DNA of 64,000 bases from the human T2T-CHM13v2.0 reference genome, Homo sapiens. The DNA is taken from assembly GCF_009914755.1 (NCBI RefSeq), contig NC_060932.1; one strand, 5' to 3'. Below, piece after piece: positions 1-19,072 of the stretch. Under the pieces are notes generated by a model that saw only the letters and a program-made list of their open reading frames with translations, made no database searches and was not told where the DNA came from. Both the position numbers and the translations under genes were made by a program. Every line of letters begins with the position of its first letter. Within the stretch, counting starts at the first letter, position 1.

Positions 1-61
1 CATCTTGCTGCAGCCTCAGCCTCTGCCCCCGGCTCACCTGCCCCACTCAGTGCTGAGTTGC

Positions 62-428
62 TGTATTAGTCTCTTCTCCCACTGCTGATAAAGACATAGT
101 TGAGACTGCGTAATTTATAAAGGAAAGAGGTTTAATGGGCTCACAGTTCCACATGGCTGGGGAGGCCTCACAATCATGGCAGAAGGCAAGGAGGGGCAAG
201 GGCAGGTCTTACATGGCGGCAGGCAAGAGAGCATGTGCAGGAAAACTGCCCTTTATAAAACCATTAGATCTCATGAGACTTAGTCACTATCAGGAGAACA
301 GCACAGGAAAGACCCGCCCCATGATTCAATTACGTCCCATCAGGTCCCTCCCAGGACAGCTGGGGATTATGGGAGCTACATCTTGAATTCAAGATGAGAT
401 TTGGGTGGGGACACAGCAAACCCTATCA
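62..428 (-). mobile_element. THE1-family MaLR solo LTR (THE1B/C/D-like)
   Basis: TG...CA termini, THE1 motifs (ctcacagttccacatggctggggaggcctcacaatcatggcagaagg; gagatttgggtggggacacag), 5-bp TSD GTTGC at 57-61 and 429-433. Confidence 0.93.
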
Positions 429-1089
429 GTTGCTTTGTCATGCTTGCTTTGAGGACAGCTTTTATCTGACTGGTGGTCATCCCTTCAGATCTCAGAATTG
501 ATGTCACTCTGTCACCTGCTCTGTGACCTCACCTGAGGCCCCCAGAAGAGGGGACTCCCAAGGCCTGTGCTCTCCTGATCAGTGGCTGCTGAATTGTCTG
601 GGTCAACCAGGCAGGAAGCACAGAGGCACTGAAAGCCTCTTACTTGTTCAAAACATGTTTCCTGAACAAAGGAACAAATGTGGTTGGAAGACTCGGGGCT
701 CTGCCAGGGCTCAGCCTGGGGAGAGTGCTCTAAGAGCCTCATGAGGTAAAGGTTTATGCTGGTGATCAGCCTTACACATCTAAGGATTTGGGGGGCCCAG
801 TGGGAAGTGGGGGTCAGAGCAGGCATCAGAACACCTCCAGGCTGAGGGGCTGGCACCACAAAGTCCAGTGCCAAAGCGGGGCTGCAGCCTGGAGCTCCGG
901 GGATGTCCACATTGTGCCCATGCAGGCTGCCTCCTGGGTCCCCAAGCAGGCTCTGTGGTGGGCTCAGGCCCTGTTCAGTGGGATCACAGGTCAAGACTGG
1001 CAGCCGGACTGGAGAGGGGAAAGACTGCCTAGAGCTCACCCAACACTTGCATCTGATCTTCACCACATCATCTGATCTGGAGAAAACCG

Positions 1090-1528
1090 TCTGTGAGTCG
1101 GGCTTCTCCAGAGAAACAGAACCAAGAGAATGAAGAGAGAGAAGATTTATTATGAGAACTGACTCACAATTATAGAGGCTGAGAAGTCCTGCCATGTGCT
1201 GTCTGCAAACTGGGCACCTAAGAAAGTCGGTAGTATAATTCAGTGCAAGACCAAAGCTGTGAGAACCGGGAGCTCTGATGGGCAGGAGAGGATGGATGTC
1301 CCAGTCAAACAAGAGGGCAAATTCTCCCTTTCCCTGCCTTGTTGTTGTGTTCAGGAACTCAGCAGATTGGAGATGCTCACCCACAATGGTGAGCCTTCTT
1401 CACTTAGTCTAGTAACTGAAATGCTTCATCTCTTCCAGAAATTCCTCCCAGATTGCCCAGAAATAATGTTTACCTGCTCTCTGGGCATCCCTTAGCCTAG
1501 TCAAGTTGACATAAAATCAGCCATCACA
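1090..1528 (-). mobile_element. MLT2 (ERVL) LTR
   Basis: ttctccagagaaacagaacc start and cctagtcaagttgacataaaatcagccatcaca end are MLT2 hallmarks. Confidence 0.85.
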
Positions 1529-1539
1529 GACAATGATGG

Positions 1540-1648
1540 CTGCTCAACCTCTGCTTCCCAAATCTCTCAGAAGTTCCTCTTTTGGCTAACTCTAAACTGG
1601 AACACACAGGAGAGGGAATTCTGGAAAATGTAGTTCCCACCTTGACAT
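1540..1648 (-). mobile_element. Old MaLR/ERVL LTR fragment
   Basis: gggaattctggaaaatgtagttc motif typical of old MLT1/LTR16-type elements. Confidence 0.45.
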
Positions 1649-3672
1649 AACGCACTCCACCATGCCAGGCATCAGTAAAAAACTCAGGATCAAAGTCATT
1701 GCAGAAGGTATCCTTATGACAATACTAAAATAATGGTAACAATAACAGCTGCAATAGCTGAAACATACACAGCAATTCTGAAGTGGGACATGCTCTTTCT
1801 CAGAGATTAACACATACTAATTAACATGAAGCCCAACTTTTTAGTCACATTTAAATGCAGAAGATTTTGTAGCTTTTTATGGTATTTTTCTTGTAACTTT
1901 ATTTCTTTTGGCATACCAAAATCTAGGACAGCTTTAAGAAAATAATAGCCTTATTGAGATTTAATTCATTTATCATAAAATTCATCCATTCAAAATATAC
2001 AATTCAGTGGTTTTTAGTATATTGGTAGAGTTGTGCAAGCATCACAGCTATCTAATTTTAAAGAATTTTCATCAACCGCCAAATAAACCTTATCTCCTCT
2101 ATTCCCTATTTCCCTTTGAAAACTGCTAACCTATATTCTGTAGGTTATCTAAAAAAATTAGATTTGCCTGTTTTGGATGTGTCTTACACATAATTATACA
2201 ATATGTAGTCTTTTGTGACTTGCTTTAAAAAATTTCACATGATAGCAAGGTAATCTATACCGTAGCATGTATAAGTACTTCATTCCTTTTTATGGTGGAA
2301 TATTATTCCATCCTTTTCTTGTCCTACCCCTTCCCCCGCCTTGTTGTTATGTTCAGGAACTCAGCCCATTGGAGATGCTCGCCCACATTAGTGAGAGTGG
2401 GCCTTCTTCATTTAGTCTACCAACTGAAATGCTTCATCTCTTCCAGAAAGATTATTATTCCACAATAAAAAGAAAAGAAAACCCCCAAACATTTGGGTTA
2501 CTTCCATATTTTAGCCATTATAAATAATGCTGTTATGAACTTTTGTGTTCAAGTTTTTGTGTACATATATGTTTAATTTCTCATGAATATATACAAAAGA
2601 ATGGAATTGCTGGGTCATATGGTAACTCTTACGTTTAAGCTTTCATGGAATTGTCAAGTTGTTTTCCAAAATAGTGACACTCATTTTACACTTACACAGT
2701 GTATGAGGTTTTGTTTCTGCACATCCTCACCAACAGTTGTCCTTGTCCACCTTATTGATGTAGCCATCTTAGTGAATGTGAAATGGTATCTCATTATTAT
2801 ATCGATTTACATTTTCCTTATGCATGACTAATGATGTTGAGTATCATTTAATGTGTTTATCGGCCAACTGTATATTTTCTTTAGAGAAATAGCTACTCAA
2901 ATTTGTTATTATAGTTGCAAGAGTTCTTTATATATCCTTGATACAAGTTCCTTATCATATATTATTTGCAAATGTTTTTTTCTTCTCTGTAAGTTGTTTT
3001 TTCACTTTTTTGATGGGGTCCTTTAAAGAACAATAGTTTTAAACTCTGATGAAGTTCATGTATCTCTTTTTTCTTTTGACCCAAGGTCATGATGACTTCT
3101 ATGTTTTATTCTAAGAGTTTTATAGTTTCAACTCTCATTAGGCCTATGATCCATTTTGAAATGATTTTTGAATATGTAGTATGAATTAGAGATCCAACTT
3201 CATTCTTTTGCATGTGTGTATCCAGTTGTCTCAGTACTATTTGTTGAAAAGACTATTCTTTCCCCATTGAATTGCCTTGGTACCCTTGTCAAAAATTGAT
3301 TGAGTCCGTATGTATAGGTTGATCCATGAGCACGAGATACCTTTCTTTCCATTTATTTAGGTCAATTTCTTTCAACTATGTTTTGTAGTTTTCAGCATAC
3401 AAATATTGTAGTTTCTCATTAAAATTTATTCCTAATTTATTTTATTATTTTTCATACTATTGTAAGTGAAATTGTTTTTTATTTTTATGTTTGGATTATT
3501 CATGGCTAGTATACATAAATACAGCTGATTTTTGTACTTTGATTTATGTATCCTGAAATTTTGCTGAACTTATTTATTCATTCTCATAGCTTTTCCTCAG
3601 GATTTTCAATATACAAGATCATGTCATCTGGGAATACACATGGTTTTACTTCTTTTCCAATTTGGATGACTT

Positions 3673-3972
<300 letters not shown>

Positions 3973-4365
3973 TGACTTATTTCTTTTTATTGCTTAATTG
4001 CTCTGGCTAGAATCTCAAGTACAATGTTAAATGGAAGTGGTGACAGTGAACATCCTTATTCTTTTCCTACTTTTAATGGGAAGACATTGTCTTTCACTGT
4101 GATCTCAGCTGAGAGTTTTTCATAGATACCAGTTATCAGATTGAAGAAATTTCCTTGTATTGCTAGTTTGTTAAAAATTTTTGTCATAAAAATGTGTTAG
4201 ATTTTGACAAATGCTTCTACATCTGTTGAGCAAATGGTGTGGTTTTTGTCCTTTATTTTAATATGTTGTATTTTTGGATGTAAAATAAACTTTGCATTCA
4301 TGGGATAACTTCCACTTGGTAATGGTGTATAACGTTTTCATATGCTTTTAAATTTGATTTTCTAG

Positions 4366-4714
<349 letters not shown>

Positions 4715-5941
4715 TATAGTTTTTGTTCTTTGTGATGTTGTTATCCAGTTTTGGTATGAGGGTGATACTTGTCTTAGAATTAGTTGGAAAGTTTTTCTTC
4801 ATTTTCTATTTCTTAGAAGACTTTGTGAAGTATTGGTACTAATTTTCCTTAAATGATTGGTAGAATTCATGTGAAGCCATTTGATTCTAGGCTTTTCTTT
4901 GTGAGAAATTTGAAAATTTCTAATTCAGTCTCTTGTTCTATGTCTATTCAGATTATCTATTTCTTCTTGAGTCAGTTTTGGTAATTTTTTTGTGTCTTTC
5001 TAGCAATTTATCCGTTTCATCTAGGTTAGATAATTTTTTGTCATACAGTAGTCCATAGTATTCTTTTACAATTCTTTTTATTTCTCTAATGTTGGTAGGG
5101 ACGTCCATTCTTATCATTCCTGACTTTAGTCATTTGAGTGTTCTCTATTTTGTTCTTGGTCAAACACCTAAAGATTTCTAAATTTTATTACTCTTTGCAA
5201 AGAAGCAAATTTTAGTTTTGTTGATTGTCTCTAATTTATTGTTCCTTCCTTCATCTTCCTTCTGGTTGCTTTGAAATTTTCTGTCTTTTCCCTTAGTTTC
5301 TTAAGATGGCAAATTATGATATTGATTTCTTTCTGAATGTAGGCCTTTACATATTTACATATCAGCTATAAAAATTCCATATGGTTTGACATGTTATGGT
5401 TCTGGTTTCATTCATCTCAAAATATTTTTTAATTTTTCATGTAATTTCTTGTTTTACACTTGTTATTTAGCAGTATGCATTTAATTTCCACATATTTTGG
5501 AATTTCCCAAGTTTCTTTCTGTTACTGATTTCTAATTTTATTTTATTTTATGAGATAACATATTTTATATGATTTTAATCACTTTATATTTATTGAATGT
5601 CATTTTATGGCCTAATTTGTAGTCTAAACTGGAAAAAATTTCATGAAGATTTCAGAAAAAAGTATATCCTGCTGTTTTTGAGTGATTTTTGTTATGTCTA
5701 GTTGGTTTATAATATTAAGTATTTTATTTTTCTGTTGATATTCTGCTTAGTTGTTATATCCATCATTGAAAGTGGGGTATTGAACTATTCCAATATTTTC
5801 AGTTTTCAATTTCTTTTAGTTATGCCAGTTTTAAAATGAATATTTGATATTTTGACTTTATTTTTATAAATGTAGAAATGATTGCAAAGAAAATTATTGC
5901 TACCTAATACACTTAAATATATTCATTTAAGAAAATACCTT

Positions 5942-6258
<317 letters not shown>

Positions 6259-7530
6259 CTCAATCATTTCACTGCTATTGTTTTACAATTTAATCACAAC
6301 AGGAGCCAATCTTTCCTGACTGTTTTTTTCAGCAATTGACATATATATTACTCCTACATTGCTTCATTTCTTCTACTTTCCTTTTTGCTATGACTATTTA
6401 CTATGACTAATTAATATGTGAATTATTGCTTTAAACAATTATTTTTTAAATCAGATAGGAAAAGAGTTGCAAACAAAAAATACCATTACACTGACTTTTA
6501 TATTTACCTTTGTAGTTGCCTTTTCTAGTGCACTTTCTTTCTTAATATGCATTTAGATTACTGTCTCATGTTCTTTCATTTTAACCTGAAGGACTCCTTT
6601 TAGTGTTTCTTGCAGGGCAGGCCTGCTAGTGACAAATTCTCTCTGTTTTTGTTTATCTAAGAATGCCTTAATTTCTCCTTCCTTCATAAAGGATAGTTTT
6701 GCTGGATATAGAATGCTTAATTGACATTTACTTTCTTTCAGCATTTTGAATTTTCATTGGCCTCTAGTTTGTATGTGTTCTGATGAGATGTCAGCTTATC
6801 ATCTTGTTGACAATCCATAATATTTGATGAGTTGTTTTTCTTATTACTTTCAAGATTTTCTCTTTATCTTGGGCTTTCAACAGTTTGATTGTAACTTGTC
6901 CAGGTTTGGAAGTCTTTAAGTTTATCCTTTTCAGTGTTTGTTGAGCTCCTTGGATGTGTAGATTAATATTTTTAATGAAATTTGGGAAGCTTTCAGTTAT
7001 TATTTCTTCCAGTACTTTTTATGCCCCTTTCCTTTTCTTCTGGGACTCACGTTATGCATATGTTGATACACATGATGCCATCCCACAAGTCTCTGAGGTC
7101 CTGTTCTTTTTCTTCTTTCTTTTTTATTTTTGTTATTCAGACTGGATACTCTCAATTGACTTGTTTTCAAGTAAATTATTCTTTCTTTAATCACCTTAAA
7201 TCTTCTCTTGAGTCCCTCTAGGGAATTTCTCACTTTAGTGATTATACATTACCACTTCAGAATTTCTGTTATTTTTTTTCATAATTTCTGTCTCTTTCTT
7301 GACATTTCCTATTTGGTGAAACAACATTCTCATACTTTATTTCAATTATGTATACATGATTTTCTATAGTTCTTTGAGCATATTTATAATGACTATTTAA
7401 ATTTTGTGTGTGTGTGTGAGTTTTCCCTTCCAAGATGGCCGATAAGAACAGCTCTGGTCTGCAGCTCCCAGCATGATCGATGCAGAAGACGAGTGATTTC
7501 TGCATTTCCAACTGGGGTATCTATTTCATC

Positions 7531-7839
7531 TCACTGGGACTGGTTGGACAGTGGGTGCAGCCCATGGAGGGCAAGCTGAAGCTGGGTGGGGTGTTGCCTC
7601 ACCCAGGAAGCACAAGGGGTTGGGGGATTTCTCTTTCCAAGCCATGACAGACCGTAACTGGAAAAACAGGACACTCCCACCCAAATACTGTGCTTTTCCT
7701 GTAACCAGCAGACCAGGAGATTCTCTCCCATGCCTGGCTCAGCATGTCCTATGCCCACAGAGCCTTGCTCACTGCTAGCGCAGCAGTCTGAGATTGACCT
7801 GTGAGGCTGCAGCCTGGCGGGGGAAGGGGTGTTCACCAT
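7531..7839 (-). CDS. L1 ORF0 homolog (antisense 5'UTR ORF), open for 102 codons
   Basis: ATG at 7839 (gcaATGg); MVNTPSPARLQPHRSISDCCASSEQGSVGIGHAEPG aligns by eye with primate ORF0 MAGAPPPASLPPCSLISDCCASNQRDSVGVGPSEPG; expression unknown. Confidence 0.6.
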   Translation of the reverse strand: MVNTPSPARLQPHRSISDCCASSEQGSVGIGHAEPGMGENLLVCWLQEKHSIWVGVSCFSSYGLSWLGKRNPPTPCASWVRQHPTQLQLALHGLHPLSNQSQ

Positions 7840-8421
7840 TGCTGAGGCTTGAGTAGGTAAACAAAGCAGCCAAGAAGCTAGAACTGGGCAGAGCCCACCA
7901 CAGCTCAGCAAGGCCTATTGCCTCGATAGACTCCAACTCTGTGGGCAGGGCATAGCTGAGCAAAAGCCAGCAGAAATTTCTGCAGAATTAAACGTCCCTG
8001 TCTGACAGCTCTGAAGAGAGCAGTGGTTCTCCCAGCATGGCATTTGAGCTCTGAGAACAGACAGACTGCCTCCTCAAGTGGGTCCCTGACCCCCATGTAG
8101 CCTAACTGGGAGACACCTCCCAGTAGGGGCCGACAGACACCTCATACAGGTGGGTACCCCTCTGGGATGAAGCTTCCAGAGGAAGGATCAGGCAGCAATA
8201 TTTGCTTTTCTGCAGCCTCCGCTGGTGATACCCAGGCAAACAGCGTCTGGAGTGGACCTCCAGCAAACTCCAAAAGGCCTGCAGCTAAGGGACCTGATTG
8301 TTAGAAGGAAAACTAACAAACAGAAAGGAATAGCATCAACATGAACAAAAAGGACATCCACACCAAAACCCCATCTGTAGGTCACCAACATCAAAGACCA
8401 AAGGTAGATAAAACCACAAAG

Positions 8422-9439
8422 ATGGGATAAACCAGAGCAGAAAAGCTGAAACTTCTAAGAACCAGAGTGCCTCTTCCCCTCCAAAGGATCACAGCTCCTT
8501 GCCAGCAACGGAACAAAGCTGGACAGAGAATGACTTTGACGAGTTGACTGAAGTAGGCTTCAGAAGGTTGGTAATAACAAACTTCTCTGAGCTAAAGGAG
8601 CATGTTCTATCCCATCTCAAGGAAGCTAAAATAATTGAAAAAGATTAGACGAATGGCTAACTAGAGTAAACAGTGTAGAGAAGACCTTAAATGACCTGAT
8701 GGAGCTGAAAACATGGCATGAGAACTTTGTGATGCATGCACAAGCTTCAATAGCCAATTCGACTAAGTGGAAGGATATCAGTGATTAAATATCAAATTAA
8801 TGAAATAAAGTGAGAAAAGAAGTTTAGAGAAAAAAGAGTAAAAGAAACGAACAAAGCCTCCAAGAAATGTGGAACTATGTGAAAAGACCAAATCTACATT
8901 TGATTGGTGTACCAGAAAGTGACAGGGAGAATGGAACCAAGTTGGAAAACACTCTTCAGGATATTATCCAGCAGAACTTCCCCAACCTAGCAAGGCAGGC
9001 CAATATTCAAATTTAGGAAATACAGTGAATACAACAAAGATACTTCTTGAGAAGAGCAACTCCAAGACACATAATTGTTAGATTCACCAAGGTTGAAATG
9101 AAGGAAAAAAACATTAAGGGCAGCCAGAGAGAAATGTCGAGTTACCCACAAAGGGAATCCCATCAGACTAACAGCAGATCTGTTGGTATAAACCCTACAA
9201 GCCAGAAGAGAGTGGGGGCCAATATTCAACACTCTTAAAGAAAAGAATTTTCAACCCAGAATTTCATATCCAGACAAACTAAGCTTCATAAGTGAAGGAG
9301 AAATAAAATCCTTTACAGACAAGCGAATGCTGAGAGATTTGTAACCACCAGGCCTGCCTCACAAGAGCTCCTGAAGGAAGGACTAAATGTGGAAAGGCAC
9401 AACTAGTACCAGCCACTCCAAAAACATACCAAATTGTGA
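8422..9439 (+). pseudogene. L1 ORF1p, disrupted
   Basis: ATG at 8422 in the canonical ORF1 position; fragment RRATPRHIIVRFTKVEMKEK (9047-9238); frameshifts. Confidence 0.9.
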
Positions 9440-9502
9440 AGACCATCAATGCTATGAAGGAACTGCATCAATTAATGGGCAAAATAACCAACTAACATCA
9501 TA

Positions 9503-13308
<3,806 letters not shown>

Positions 13309-14418
13309 ACAATGAGAACACTTGGACACAGGGCAGGGATCATCACACTCTGGGGCCTGTCAGGGGTTGGGGGGCAGGGGGAGGGATAGCACTAGGATAA
13401 ATACCTAAGGTAAACGACGAATTGATGGGTGCAGCAAACCAACATGGCCCATGTATACCTATGTAACAACCTGCATGTTGTGCACATGTACCCTTTAAAC
13501 TATAATTAAAAAAAACAACTTTTTTCGTAAGTCCAACATCTGGGCTTAGTTATGGGGTAGTTTCTTTTGGCTCATTTTTTTCCTGTGTAGTTAGTGTGGG
13601 CCATACCTTATTGTTTCTTTGTACATCTCATCTTTTTTGTTGAAAACTGGAAACCAGATTTTATTTCCCTCTCTCCTCCCCCAGGGTTTGTTGTTGTTGA
13701 AGGGTTTAGTGACGTTGCTAAAATGATTTTGTAAATTTTGCATTCTTTGTCAAAATGACCACTGAAGTCTGCTTAGTTGGCTTAGTAGCCAGCTTATAGT
13801 TGGACAGAAATTTTCTTAAATGCCTTAAACCAGTAAGTCTGTCATTATTTGCCAAGGGGCTATGTGTGTATGTTGTAGCATACTTTAAACATACTGAGTT
13901 TACAACTCTGCCTTGTCTTCACTTCCTGCTTGCTGAGTATCTGTAGATTATCCAAAGTTTAGAGATTATGGCTTTATCAGGTTTTTCCTGAGTATGCATG
14001 CAGCTCTGCATATGTACATGACCTTCTCAAGTCCCAGCAATATGTAAAAACATTTCAAAGCTGTTTTAGATACTAATTCCTCAGATCTTCCTTTTAAAGT
14101 TTATGGCCAGCCTGTTGTTTGCCCCAACTGGTACCAATGCCTTAGGAAACTGTGATGTTACAGAATTGTCACTGATTATTTCACAAAGTCCTGGGAATAA
14201 GACTGTTCACACCAAGTCAGTACTAAATCAGGTCAAATAAAGACAAGCCCTGACAACAGAGTTTTCCAGGGATCTGCCAGACAGGTCAAATAGTGACCTT
14301 TGGAGAGTCAAAATCCACTCTTTCCCTTCTTGTGGCTACTAGGCTGCTGGTTTTCACAGCTAGCAGAATTGTAAGACTGGTGATTTTCAATCCTACTGCA
14401 GAGCTGGGGACAGAGGTA

Positions 14419-15222
<804 letters not shown>

Positions 15223-16330
15223 AGAGAGTTTATAATAGGGCAAGTTAAAATGCCACAAAACTGTTCTGCTGAGATTCATTTTTTCTTGAATACATACCTT
15301 TTGGATTGTTGTAATTTCTTGGTTAATTTTCAGAGTTCTGAAAAAGTTGACTTTGAATATTTTTCCCCAGGGTTCCTGTTGCATTTTTGGAGTGGAGCCT
15401 TGGAGGTCCTTATTACCCTTTCCACAACTGCTTCTAGCAGACAACAGCTTTTAAATGGTGTTTGTTGAAGTCCTAGGAAGTCTGCAGAATGTTTTCAAAG
15501 GGCATTTATTATAGGAGGCCAAATGACGGCAGGTGAGACTCCAGGTTCTCACCCAAAAAGTTTAACCTGAAGCAAAATCCATTTTTATGTGTTTAATGCA
15601 TTGAGCTTTTATTTCAATTTTATTTGAAAGTTTCTTAGTTTTTCCAATAATAAACAAATTTGAAAACTCTTCTCTTTCCTTTTGCCCTGTCTTTTCACTT
15701 GATTCTTGTAATCACAAATGAGACGTGTTAAAAATTATAGGATGATCACTTCCTTTGTCTTGGGCCAAGCTTGCTCAGCATGAGTCATTGCATTGTTTGA
15801 GGCAGAGGTCACTGGCAGATAGCTGAAGATATAGGAACACAGACACAAGCAGGTCATCCTATGAAACTGCCAATCAGGCATGAACTGGCTGACTGAATTA
15901 GGATAGCTAGGGTAAGACGTATCAATGTGAATTGAAGAGAATAGAGAGCAACATAAACAAAAGTAGAAAAGAAAAAAAACAACAACAAAGACATCAACAA
16001 CAATGATTAAGTCTTTGTAAAATTATAAAATTGAATAGAATCACATACACAGAGTCAGAGCTGAACGGGTCTACAGAGGTCATTAGGTCTAGGTCCCCAA
16101 TTCATAGAGGACCCATGTTGTTCTTCAGCTCCATAATGACTGGAAGTTAAACATAGCTCTGAAACCTTCTGGAATAATTCCAAAGACATAGAGCAGAGTT
16201 AGTGGTGAGGTTGAGGGCCCCCTCTGAGGGGCCTCGTGCTCAAGGGCTATAGGCACCATCCTGGGGCAATTGCTTTTGACTCTGAGAAAGATAGGGCTGA
16301 CTTTGAGTTCCATCCGCAGACACACTTGTG

Positions 16331-16675
<345 letters not shown>

Positions 16676-17024
16676 TAATTACTAGCTGTGTGACCTTGGG
16701 GTTACATAACTTACTATCTGTGAGTCTTGTCTCACTATCCTGAAAAGAAAGCAATACTTAATATATTCCTTAGGTGTAGGGTAATGATAACATATGTAAC
16801 TTTGGTTAGCACATGGCCTGCACATGATAGAGCTTCCCTTCCTTGACCTATTAGGTGAGGCTTTGGTCAAAAATCCAATTACAGAGATTAGTTTCTGCCA
16901 GAAGAAATGATATATGAATCCACAGAAACACAGTTAGCGTGACATCATTTATGGTACCTATATATCCAGCCATTCTGTTAAGTAACAATTTCCAGAGGGT
17001 TTTCAGAGTAAACTTTCATTTTCA

Positions 17025-17395
<371 letters not shown>

Positions 17396-17458
17396 GCCAA
17401 CGATTCTCTTTCAACATAAACCTGGTAGACGTTGGCTGGTTGACCACTTCTGCAATCA

Positions 17459-17672
17459 CAGTGCTTCTCATCCATGACCCCATTCCCCATCTCAGGGACG
17501 CTTGGTAATGACTACAGACACTTAATTGTCAACAGTTTTTGGGACAGTTTCACTGGCATCTAGTGAGTAGAGGCCAGGGATGCTGCTTTACATCCTACAA
17601 TGCACAGAAAAACCCACTCCCCAAAGAACAATCTGGTCCAAAATGTCAACCATGCTGCTGTGAAGACGTGTC
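17459..17672 (+). mobile_element. MER20 (hAT-Charlie)
   Basis: ctggcatctagtgagtagaggccagggatgctgctttacatcctacaatgcacag core. Confidence 0.85.
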
Positions 17673-18863
17673 CTAATGTGATGTAAGTTTTTAATGGGGC
17701 TGAGCTCCTAAGTGGCACAGTCCTCTTTGACTGAGTGCCCCCATCTTGCTATCTATAGCAACATCTTTGTGTTATTGAACACTTGCTGGAGCTTACAGGG
17801 TTTCATTCTCCTCCTGACAACCAGGCTGTTGAACTGGTGCTAACGCCCATAATTAACTCCTACCGTCCAGGCAGAGACAACACCCAAATAGGCCAGACAT
17901 GTCACACCAGGGTTACAAACAGCAGGCAGGTCACCTCTCCTACCACTGCTTCCTCTGAACCTTTCCCTCCTCAGATGATGTGAAATGATTGGGGTGGGTG
18001 GGTGGGGTAGAGAAGGTAGAGAAAGTGGTTGTTATTGGGGTTACAGGTCACAGGGAAAGGCAGGCATTTGTGGTGAAAAGTTACTTTCTTCTTTTCCTGT
18101 AACACCTTCTCCTCCTCCAAAACAAGTAGACAAGTGAGGATTTGGGAATCCTGCAAGAAGTCCAAGACTGCCATTCCGTTTCCCAGGTTGATGTCTGTGT
18201 AGGTGAAGTTTGGCTGATGTTTTCTTTCCTTTGCTATCTGAATTTGGGAGATGGGTTGGGGGAGGGCGGTGGAGGAGGAACTCATGTTTTCTCTGTTTGT
18301 GTCTCTGGTGGACACTGCAGTCCAAGAGGGATGCCCTCTGGGCACGGTGAGGCAGCCGCATGCGAGAAGCCGATGGTGGGAGCTGAAGAGAAGAGAAGGT
18401 CAAACCTCAGCAGGAATGTCCATCTCAGGGAATTGTGCAGGGGGCACCTAAAGAGTTTCCCAGAGGACCCCCCTATCCCAACCAGCACCCCCAAAAGGTG
18501 TAGCCAGATGGAGAGAGGGCAGAGAAGCCAGTCAGCATTATAGAGGGAGACAGTCACAGCCAGAGAAATAAAAGGAAACCTGTCCTGTTTCTGCAACCTC
18601 CTAATCCCTCCAACCAACTGGAGAAGGTACATCTTGAAGAGACAGGAAGGAAATCTCTTAGAGCAACAGAAGGACCTCCCTCCCTCCACTCCAAAGAGTC
18701 AGGCACCTACTCAAACCTCCTGTAGACTGGGGAAGGGAAAAGGTTTTAATTGGGGTTAAGACTGAAATTTAAGTGGGACTGGGATTTACTAGCTGGAAGA
18801 GATCAGAAACAGGAAGTCTGTCATACATTTCGGGAAGAGACGGGAAAGGGAGATTCAGAGGAG

Positions 18864-19072
18864 CAGAGATCAGCAAACATTTTCCGTAAAGGGCCAGGTA
18901 TGAATAATTTAGGCTTTGTGATCCACCAGTCTCTGTTGGAATGACTCAACCCTGCTGTTATAGCACAATGGCAGCCATAAACCATATGTAAATGAGTGGG
19001 CACAACTGTTTTCCAATAACACCTTACTTACAAACACAGGCATCTGAGGCAGGTTATGTTTGCCAACACCTG
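18864..19072 (+). mobile_element. MER58A (hAT-Charlie)
   Basis: cagagatcagcaaacattttccgtaaagggccagg ... tttgccaacacctg termini. Confidence 0.85.

Noticed and set aside
512-1384. 290-aa ORF on - strand
   Set aside because: Begins in an MLT2 LTR, has no recognisable domain and looks like a chance ORF in GC-rich, repeat-derived sequence
15445-15670. Possible hAT-Charlie MER element
   Set aside because: Only weak terminal resemblance (tttgaaaac); cannot support a call
18250-18800. Possible ancient LTR (Gypsy/ERVL-like)
   Set aside because: Too degenerate to assign family or ends by eye
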